A DNA stretch of 64,000 bases, taken from assembly GCA_035528795.1 (NCBI GenBank), contig DATKXY010000098.1, positions 4,215-68,214 on the forward strand, given 5' to 3'. Positions within the stretch are counted from its first letter, which is position 1. Each line of letters starts with the position of its first letter. A program made the translations under genes and the position numbers. Below are positions 10,113 through 17,565 of the stretch, in pieces. Below the pieces are notes generated by a model. It saw only the letters and a list, made by a program, of their open reading frames with translations. It searched no databases and was not told the origin of the DNA. This DNA comes from an archaeon (lineage in GTDB: Bacteria > Gemmatimonadota > Glassbacteria > GWA2-58-10).

Positions 10113-11027
10113 TTATAAAATCTTTGTCAAAGTAATCGCGATCATATTACCCTGAGAACGGTCTACTACGCCGAACTCCCAAAGACTCCTGGCCGAAAGA
10201 AAAAGCTTGGCGGAAGGGACGAACACGGAGACTTCAGGGCCGATCGCATAATTCCTGTCATGTACAGTCTTGTCCCAGACCACACCCGTGCCGCTGTCAT
10301 CGGTCAACTGCCATTGGCAGTATCCGGACAATCCTATGTCCCAGAATTTAGCCACTGTTTTGGCCAGGCCCCATTCGATAAGGAAATCACTACCGGGTTT
10401 CACCTTGGTTTCACTCTTTTCACTGTGCATCTCGGTCCGGCTGAGAACCGATGCCGACAAGGTCTTAGCCTCATCAAGGTAGGCAGTGCCTCCAAAAGTA
10501 ATCAGGAGGGACCAGAAATCCTGTCCCGGGGAAGCCGGCTTAGCTACATCATATTGCCCGATCGGAGCGTAAAAACCCAGACCAAATGCAGCATCATAAC
10601 GAGGTCCGTGCCAGGACAGGATAAACGGCTCCACGACAACATCCGCAAGTCCGAATTTATTGTCTTTAAGCCCCATTTTATCGATTTCCAGGTCTGTATT
10701 GATCAGCGGCACGATTACATCAAAAGCGTAATTAGCCCCTAAAATCTTTTTATCGGAAACATAGATAAATCTGTTTACCAGTGCGTAAACACTTACATCG
10801 AAGCCCACCGGCAGCTCATCGCCGTTTTTATCCGTTAACTTGTCGGAGTTATAAAAAGCATTGTAAAGACGCCAATAAAATCCTGGAGGCGGTAAAGATG
10901 CAGCCTTGATTCCCTCGACTCCGCAAACATAATGTCCTTTTTCCAACTGTGCAAAAGCATTGGAGAACAATGTTCCTGCCAGAACTGAGGCAACAAGCAG
11001 CACACCCGCGAGTTTACGCATTCTCAT
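10113..11027 (-). CDS. Outer-membrane beta-barrel protein, SphA / MetA-pathway (phenol degradation)-like transporter family
   Basis: Signal peptide MRMRKLAGVLLVASVLAGTLFSNAFA. The mature N-terminus GHYVCGVEGIKAASLPPPGFYWRLYN is typical of this family. Alternating beta-strand pattern, ending in ...ITLTKIL. Confidence 0.65.
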   Translation of the reverse strand: MRMRKLAGVLLVASVLAGTLFSNAFAQLEKGHYVCGVEGIKAASLPPPGFYWRLYNAFYNSDKLTDKNGDELPVGFDVSVYALVNRFIYVSDKKILGANYAFDVIVPLINTDLEIDKMGLKDNKFGLADVVVEPFILSWHGPRYDAAFGLGFYAPIGQYDVAKPASPGQDFWSLLITFGGTAYLDEAKTLSASVLSRTEMHSEKSETKVKPGSDFLIEWGLAKTVAKFWDIGLSGYCQWQLTDDSGTGVVWDKTVHDRNYAIGPEVSVFVPSAKLFLSARSLWEFGVVDRSQGNMIAITLTKIL

Positions 11028-11392
11028 ACCCCCTTTTGGCTAGAGAAAATGATGAAGTAACGGGGCTTCCAAAGTAAGTGTAAATTTGTTCAGACATTAT
11101 AATCCCCGGTATCAAGATAATCAAGAGATATAATCAGTAACATAAGCTGGAAGTAAATCTGGAGCCTGGATTAAATCCCGGTCTTTACAGCAAGAAGCTG
11201 TGAGTCCTGAAATTATTTGCCCGTCACAGATATGGAAATATATATTAACTTGATATTATACACAAAAGTTAGTAGAAAAGAATAAGTTTTCAGTCTTTCA
11301 AGCATTTGCTCTAGACCGGATAAATGGTTATCATAAAAACTTCCGGTCGCCGTTTGCTCATAATGGTCTGGAGTAGTGACAAGTTTCATGAA

Positions 11393-11648
11393 TAATCCGG
11401 GATTAATAAAATCATTAATAGTTGTAATCTATTTCCCCGGATTAAGCAGAGAGCATCTGAACGCCGTTGTTTGCCATTCAATGGCGGGTGGGTGTTATGT
11501 GGCGATTCTGGAGGCGGGCCGGCATTCTTTTTGCAGTAACCACAACAGCAGGAATTAACTCAGGATTGATCCAATGCAAAAAGAATGCCGGCCCACCCCT
11601 GTTGTGCGTAAAGATTAAAGTTTTCAATTACTTTAATAATCCGGATTA
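11393..11648. promoter_or_regulatory. Candidate regulatory region: two palindromes TAATCCGG(G)ATTA flanking a 20-bp-arm inverted repeat
   Basis: TAATCCGGGATTA at 11393-11405. Half-site CCGGATTA at 11437-11444. TAATCCGGATTA at 11637-11648. Perfect inverted repeat GGGCCGGCATTCTTTTTGCA (11516-11535) / TGCAAAAAGAATGCCGGCCC (11575-11594) with a 39-nt spacer. Lies upstream of the + gene at 11753. Confidence 0.45.
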
Positions 11649-11752
11649 AACACCAGGCGGTAAAACTTCAGCAGATATCGAACCAAATTTCAGCGACCGC
11701 GATTACGCGAGGTTATCTCGTTAACATAAACAATTACCGCAATTGCTTTAAA

Positions 11753-12850
11753 ATGCATTCTACTAGATTCTTCATCCCTTATAAATCCTTGAATCTACGC
11801 AAAGTCACGGCTCTGGGCTTGGCGCTAGGCGCACTCTTTAGCACATTTGAAGTGGTTCATGGCGAATACAGCATGCAGTCATTAAACGACAAAACTCTTA
11901 CAATGATTATTCCTGAGGAAAAATATTCTTTTCTCATTGCCGGGCATATTTACGGTACTCCAGGGGTTTTACAGGCTTCCACCTTCCTGGCTAACATTGA
12001 TCCGATAAACGAAAGCGAGGCCAGCTTTTTAGTGCTCCTCGGGGATATTTACTATAAAGGGGATAAGTTGCATTTAAGAAATTTTATCAGGACAATCAAC
12101 CAGATCGACTTTCCAGTATTCAATGCCCCTGGCAATCATTGTCTTACCGACCGTCGAACCTACATGGAACACTTCGGCAATACTTTTGGCACCTTACGAT
12201 ATGGAACCGAGCTATTCATTTTCATGGATTCAGAACTCGACAAAGGTAATATTTCAGGGGAGCAACTAGTCTTTTTGATGACTGCCGTAAAAAACGCAAT
12301 CCCGGACTCAAGTATCAAAAATGTTTTTGTTTTCAGTCATAAACTGATATGGTCTCCTGCATCAGGGTGGCTCAAACCGGTATTCGATCACTTGAACAGT
12401 CAAAGGGATTACCCGACAGGCGAGAATTTCAAGGCCAAAATACTCCCTCACTTGATCGAGTTGTCGCAGAAAAAAAATGTGTACTGTATTGCAGGAGATA
12501 TCGGGTGTCCCTGGTCACTCCCTTTATTTTTCGAGAAAAGTCCGGAGCACGATATCACATATGCTGCCTGTGGACTCGGCGATACGGAAAAGGATGCAAT
12601 GATAAAGGTCAGTCTGGATGGTTCAGGACGCGCTACGTTCCAGGCGTTTCCTCTCTCAGGCCAGGAATTAGAACCCCTGGAGACTTACAACACCGAATAC
12701 TGGCGCCATTATTTCGGGGTGACTCGCTACGGCACGAGAGCAGTCAGAGTATTGAAAAATAAGATTTTTTATCTTGGTGTAATTGCTGGAGTATTACTAA
12801 CAATACTCGCTTTGAGTGTGGTGAGATCGTTAATCAATATTCACCGCTGA
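11753..12850 (+). CDS. Membrane-tethered calcineurin-like metallophosphoesterase
   Basis: Motifs GDIYYKGD, APGNHC (GNH-type) and VFSHK. N-terminal signal/anchor and C-terminal TM segment (FYLGVIAGVLLTILALSVV). Confidence 0.7.
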   Translation: MHSTRFFIPYKSLNLRKVTALGLALGALFSTFEVVHGEYSMQSLNDKTLTMIIPEEKYSFLIAGHIYGTPGVLQASTFLANIDPINESEASFLVLLGDIYYKGDKLHLRNFIRTINQIDFPVFNAPGNHCLTDRRTYMEHFGNTFGTLRYGTELFIFMDSELDKGNISGEQLVFLMTAVKNAIPDSSIKNVFVFSHKLIWSPASGWLKPVFDHLNSQRDYPTGENFKAKILPHLIELSQKKNVYCIAGDIGCPWSLPLFFEKSPEHDITYAACGLGDTEKDAMIKVSLDGSGRATFQAFPLSGQELEPLETYNTEYWRHYFGVTRYGTRAVRVLKNKIFYLGVIAGVLLTILALSVVRSLINIHR

Positions 12851-13014
12851 AAGAATATCAGGGAGAACTTAAGGTCTAATCACGAACTCCTGATCGAATA
12901 TGACGATTAAACTTTCAGGCAGCCATTTTCGGAATTTAATACCGACATTTACGGCAGGATTGCTTTTCCATCAAATCTCCTCTGACAATCGAACCAACAA
13001 AAGGAAAATAAAAA

Positions 13015-13698
13015 ATGGGCAAGATCAAAACATTTCAACAGTTCCTGGCAACCTCCAGCCCGCAGATTCCCCTTGATGGTTTTGTGCTTAATTTGCTGAT
13101 GGCTTCGGTTCTGGCATTTTTCCTGAGTTATATCTATATCAACTATGGCAAGGCTCTTTCAAACCGGAGAGCATTTTCTCGAAATTTAGTGCTCCTTACG
13201 ATGACCACCATGCTGATCATTACGGTTGTCAAATCATCTCTGGCTCTCTCTCTGGGGCTTGTCGGCGCATTATCTATTGTCAGGTTTCGAACTGCTGTAA
13301 AAGAGCCTGAGGAGTTGGCCTATACATTTCTGGCTATTGCTATCGGCCTGGGACTTGGTGCCGACCAACGGCTGATTACCGTGGTGGCCGTGGCAATCAT
13401 TGCCGGAATTATTATTTTAAGAAATCAATTCTCCGGCCAGGAATATAACAATAATCTGCATTTGATAGTAAGCAGCCATAATCCGCAAAAAACCGAGCTG
13501 GAACAGATTGTCGAAACGCTGCGCAACTTTTTCCTGACTGTAAATCTGAAGCGGTTCGAAGAAGACGGGGAAAAACTCGAGGCAATTTTTTCAATAGAAT
13601 TTGAAACATTTAATAAGCTGAACGAAGCCAAACAGGCATTACAAAATCTCAACAGAGATATCAGTATTACATTTCTGGACAATGAAGGTGTTTTCTAA
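13015..13698 (+). CDS. DUF4956 family integral membrane protein
   Basis: Four TM segments, with the conserved core LSIVRFRTAVKEPEELAYTFLAIAIGLGLGA that I recognise as DUF4956. Its stop overlaps the next start (TAATG at 13696-13700). Confidence 0.7.
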   Translation: MGKIKTFQQFLATSSPQIPLDGFVLNLLMASVLAFFLSYIYINYGKALSNRRAFSRNLVLLTMTTMLIITVVKSSLALSLGLVGALSIVRFRTAVKEPEELAYTFLAIAIGLGLGADQRLITVVAVAIIAGIIILRNQFSGQEYNNNLHLIVSSHNPQKTELEQIVETLRNFFLTVNLKRFEEDGEKLEAIFSIEFETFNKLNEAKQALQNLNRDISITFLDNEGVF

Positions 13699-16292
13699 TG
13701 TTCTTGAAAAAAGCTGGTAAACAACGCAAGCTTATCTGCTTAAGCCGGTCATCACTTATTCTGATCTTGTGCTTTTATACTGTCTTGCTGTTTATCGGCG
13801 GCCTTTTTGCATACAGGAATGTCCGTATTTTTTACAGTAACGTGTTAAGCAAAAAGCAGCTGATAATAAACTGCTGCTGGATACCGGCTAATTATTTGAA
13901 AGGACTATTCGCCAGGCCGGAAAGATTAATAATCGATATCAAGTATAAAGATTATCAGAAATTAGCCTACAAACGGGAGATCGCTTTAGAAAGAGGAATT
14001 TTAATTACCGAGCCGGACGATTATGTTCCGGCAAAAATACGGCACGGGGATAAAACTTATAATGCGGATGTCCGGTTAAAAGGCGACTGGCTGGATCATC
14101 TTCAAAGAGATAAATGGTCGTTCAGGATTAAGATAAAAGGTGAGGACACAATTTTCGGGATGAAGGTTTTCTCTATCCAGCATCCGAAGACGAGAAGGTA
14201 TATTTATGAGTGGTTGTTCCATCAGGTTGCCGGGCGGGAAGGTTTAATCTCATTGAGATACAAATTTGTCAATGTCACGTTAAATGGTAAGAATTTAGGA
14301 GTTTACGCACTTGAGGAGCACTTTGAAAAACGGCTCATCGAGAACAATAGAAGATTGGAAGGTCCGATTATCAAGTTTAATGAATCAAATTTCTGGGCCG
14401 AAAGGCTGAATTTCGATTTGAATTACGACGGCCTGGATATCCCTGAAACAGGGTCTTATGGTTCCCTGCCGATCGATATGTTCCAGGAAAACAGAACATT
14501 CAATGATCCGGTACTGTTCAAAAACTTTGTCAATGCTCAGAATCTGCTCGAACAATTCCGGAGAGGCGCTCTTTCTGCAAATCAGGTTTTCGATGTCGAT
14601 AACTTTGCCAGATATATAGCCTTATGCGATTTGTTCGGCTCTTTTCACTCCCTGCGTGTTCATCAATTAAGATTCTACTACAATCCTGTCTTATCGTTAT
14701 TGGAACCGATTCCGTTCGATCTCAATGCAGGCGATAAACTTACCAGTCTTGCCGGCATTGCAATCGCCAATACCGATTTTTTTTCTGATCTGTTTAAGGA
14801 ATATTCTTTCTGGGAGACTTACCTCTCCGAACTCGAGAGATTTTCTGAGCCGGCTTTTCTAAATGATTTATTCCTGGATCTTGGCGATGAGATGAATGAA
14901 AACATTAACATAATTTACAGCGAATTTCCATGGCTCGACTTTCCGAAAGATCTCCTCTATCAAAACCAGGACTATATCCGGAAAGTATTGAGCCCTGTCC
15001 AGGGTCTGCATGCCTACTTCAACAAAAGCGGTGTGGACAGGATTACACTGGAGCTGGGAAATATACAGCAAATTCCGGTCGAGGTGTTGAATGTATCTTA
15101 TCAGGACTCAATCAGTTTTCGGGCAGATCATAGAATCATTCTGCCAGGTAAGACCCCATCACAACCTATTGCTTACCAAAATGTCGATTTCATGCTTCCC
15201 ACAAGCTATATCTGGTCAGATATCCTGATCGGGGGCTTGAAAATCAATTACAAGCTTTTAGGAACAAGCCGGTTGAGAAATGAAAGCGTTTTTGCCTGGT
15301 CTCATTTAGACAGCAGTTATGTAAAGAACGATTTCATCAGGAAACCATCCAATGCTGATCTGTCGCCCTTCCTGGAAATAGATGAAACAAATAAAAAGAT
15401 CACTTTCAAACCTGGAAAATGGACTCTCAATCAAAACCTGGTAATACCTGAGGGATACAAAGTAGCAGCCGGCGAAGGAACAGAGCTCAATCTTTCCAAC
15501 TCCGCCAAAATCCTTTCCTATTCACCGGTGGAGTTTATCGGTTCCATTGAAAACCCTGTCCTGATCACAGCGGATTCCTCTGGCCAGGGTCTGGTGGTTT
15601 TAAACGCGGCCCGGGAATCGACTCTCCAACATGTCCAATTCAGCAACTTATCTGTCCCGAAACAAGGCGGTTGGGAATTGACCGGCGCGGTTACTTTCTA
15701 CGAATCTCCCGTAATGATCAATAATTGTCTCTTTGCCGCTCAGAGATCAGAAGATGCCTTGCATATTGTCCGATCAAAATTCCGAATTGACAGCACCTCT
15801 TTTAAGCATGTCTCAGCAGATGCTTTCGACGCCGATTTTTCAAATGGCGAAATAATGAATTCTTCTTTTGTAAATTGCGGCAATGATGCTGTCGACGTAT
15901 CGGGAAGTGCTATCGAGATAAGCAATATTTACATTAACGGGGCTGGAGACAAAGGATTGAGTGCCGGTGAAAGCAGCCAGCTCAATGTAAAGCAGGCAGA
16001 AATAGTAAATGCTGAGGTCGGTGTTGCCAGCAAGGACAACTCAAAAGTGGATATTGACCTGCTCGATATACATGAGAGCGCAGTCGGTCTGGCAGCTTTT
16101 CAGAAAAAACCCGAGTACGGCCCGGGAATTTTATCGGTAACCGGTCTGAAAATAACCAATGTCAAGCTGCCCTACCTGGTTGAAGATAACTCGATAATAA
16201 TCGTGGATAAAAAGAGAAAAGATACAAACTGTAAGAAAGTTGAAAATATGCTTTATGGAGCGGTATATGGAAAGAAAAGCGGAACCCAATAG
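13698..16292 (+). CDS. CotH-family (atypical kinase fold) protein with N-terminal TM anchor and C-terminal parallel beta-helix repeats
   Basis: The block VRLKGDWLDHLQRDKWSFRIKIKG...FSIQHP...NGKNLGVYALEEHFEKRLIE is typical of CotH. The C-terminal ~250 aa show PbH1-like repeats (NSSFVNCGNDAVDVSGS..., INGAGDKGLSAGE..., VNAEVGVASKDNS...). Confidence 0.7.
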   Translation: MFLKKAGKQRKLICLSRSSLILILCFYTVLLFIGGLFAYRNVRIFYSNVLSKKQLIINCCWIPANYLKGLFARPERLIIDIKYKDYQKLAYKREIALERGILITEPDDYVPAKIRHGDKTYNADVRLKGDWLDHLQRDKWSFRIKIKGEDTIFGMKVFSIQHPKTRRYIYEWLFHQVAGREGLISLRYKFVNVTLNGKNLGVYALEEHFEKRLIENNRRLEGPIIKFNESNFWAERLNFDLNYDGLDIPETGSYGSLPIDMFQENRTFNDPVLFKNFVNAQNLLEQFRRGALSANQVFDVDNFARYIALCDLFGSFHSLRVHQLRFYYNPVLSLLEPIPFDLNAGDKLTSLAGIAIANTDFFSDLFKEYSFWETYLSELERFSEPAFLNDLFLDLGDEMNENINIIYSEFPWLDFPKDLLYQNQDYIRKVLSPVQGLHAYFNKSGVDRITLELGNIQQIPVEVLNVSYQDSISFRADHRIILPGKTPSQPIAYQNVDFMLPTSYIWSDILIGGLKINYKLLGTSRLRNESVFAWSHLDSSYVKNDFIRKPSNADLSPFLEIDETNKKITFKPGKWTLNQNLVIPEGYKVAAGEGTELNLSNSAKILSYSPVEFIGSIENPVLITADSSGQGLVVLNAARESTLQHVQFSNLSVPKQGGWELTGAVTFYESPVMINNCLFAAQRSEDALHIVRSKFRIDSTSFKHVSADAFDADFSNGEIMNSSFVNCGNDAVDVSGSAIEISNIYINGAGDKGLSAGESSQLNVKQAEIVNAEVGVASKDNSKVDIDLLDIHESAVGLAAFQKKPEYGPGILSVTGLKITNVKLPYLVEDNSIIIVDKKRKDTNCKKVENMLYGAVYGKKSGTQ

Positions 16293-16977
16293 TCCCGATT
16301 ACCGAATCGAGAGAAAATTCGTTATTCACGGGATTATATCCAAGGAGGTGGAATTTCTTATCAAGTCCCATCCGGCAGTGTTTACTGAGATATATCCTTT
16401 ACGGCCTGTGAATAACATATATTTCGATTCGATCAGCTTTAAAAACTACACTGAAAATATTGACGGTTGCCCTGCGAGAAGAAAGATGCGTATTCGATGG
16501 TATGGTGATTTGTTTGGATACGTCGAGAATCCTGTCCTGGAATTAAAAACAAAAAATGGGTTGCTAGGCAGAAAATATTTTTATCCATTAGATCCTTTTT
16601 ATATCCACGAGAAATCGAATATATCAGCAGTCCTGGATGCTGTTAAAAACATAGAACAAGAAAAAGCAATAAGACATGAGTTAAAATCTTTAAAACCTAC
16701 GATCCTCAATCATTACAATCGAAGATACTATCAGTCAGCGGATAGGAACTATCGCCTTACAATGGATACCGATGTCGAATATTTTCGGATAGGTAGTTAT
16801 AATAACAACTTCCTGCATAAAATAAACAACAAGACGCATGTAATTCTTGAATTAAAATATACCAGGGACATTGATCATAAGGCGGGATATATCACCAACT
16901 GTTTCCCTTTCCGGGTAACAAAAAATTCGAAATATGTCGAAGGTATTGAAGAGTTGTATTCCTGGCAGGCTATCTAA
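16240..16977 (+). CDS. VTC-domain (CYTH-like polyphosphate polymerase domain) protein
   Basis: The IERKFVI opening, and the RRKMRIRWYG and ILELKY strands, fit the VTC/CYTH tunnel fold. The start is uncertain (ATG at 16240, 16255 or 16267). All candidates overlap the CotH gene end. Confidence 0.6.
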   Translation: MKICFMERYMERKAEPNSPDYRIERKFVIHGIISKEVEFLIKSHPAVFTEIYPLRPVNNIYFDSISFKNYTENIDGCPARRKMRIRWYGDLFGYVENPVLELKTKNGLLGRKYFYPLDPFYIHEKSNISAVLDAVKNIEQEKAIRHELKSLKPTILNHYNRRYYQSADRNYRLTMDTDVEYFRIGSYNNNFLHKINNKTHVILELKYTRDIDHKAGYITNCFPFRVTKNSKYVEGIEELYSWQAI

Positions 16978-17013
16978 ATTATTTCTCCCAATAAAACTCC
17001 ACCCGCCCCAGGT

Positions 17014-17493
17014 CTATTTTTTATCCCTGGGCTCTTCCTTTTTCCCCAGGCATTCTTCCTCGTCATTCGTGATCTCTGCCGGCTTGCGCGGGTAGCTCAG
17101 GATAAACTGCTTGAGATACTCCCTTACGAAACACAGGAACCGCTCACAATCCGCGAGAAGAGAATGCGCCTCCCTGGCTGTGACTTTTATCTGGTCGCGG
17201 CGCTCTCCCTCATCACGGCTCCTGTAGCTGTGGTCTACGATCTGGCCGTATTCCTTGGGTATTTCGCCGCTCAGGACATAGTTCTCCTGAAAAGTTTGCA
17301 GCACTATCTGATGCTTTGGAGAGTCTTTCATTTTGAGGGCCAGCAGCGATTTAACCCCATAAAAATTGGCCTGATAAATGCGGTTAACCGAATCGGTTAC
17401 CTTTTCACTTTTCAGGAGAATCTCTGCATCCCCCTTGCTCTCGAAAGCACGCTGAACCCTGTATTTCGCCAGGTCGATAAACATATCTTTCAT
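17014..17493 (-). CDS. HEPN-domain protein (orphan, no adjacent nucleotidyltransferase partner)
   Basis: Four-helix pattern: AKYRVQRAFESKGDAEILL, RIYQANFYGVKSLLAL, KHQIVLQTFQENYV, SYRSRDEGER..VTAREAHSLLADCERF. This resembles the HEPN (PF05168-type) layout. No search was run. Confidence 0.5.
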   Translation of the reverse strand: MKDMFIDLAKYRVQRAFESKGDAEILLKSEKVTDSVNRIYQANFYGVKSLLALKMKDSPKHQIVLQTFQENYVLSGEIPKEYGQIVDHSYRSRDEGERRDQIKVTAREAHSLLADCERFLCFVREYLKQFILSYPRKPAEITNDEEECLGKKEEPRDKK

Positions 17494-17565
17494 GGTCGCC
17501 TCACCCCTTCCGCCTTGAATAGAGTTGGATCATTTTACTGTCCATAGGGAAACCGGACAGCCGGA

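Noticed and set aside
9919-10155. 78-aa + ORF between tilS and the OMP gene
   Set aside because: It reads straight through a strong terminator hairpin and T-tract and into the 3' end of the OMP gene. It has no RBS.
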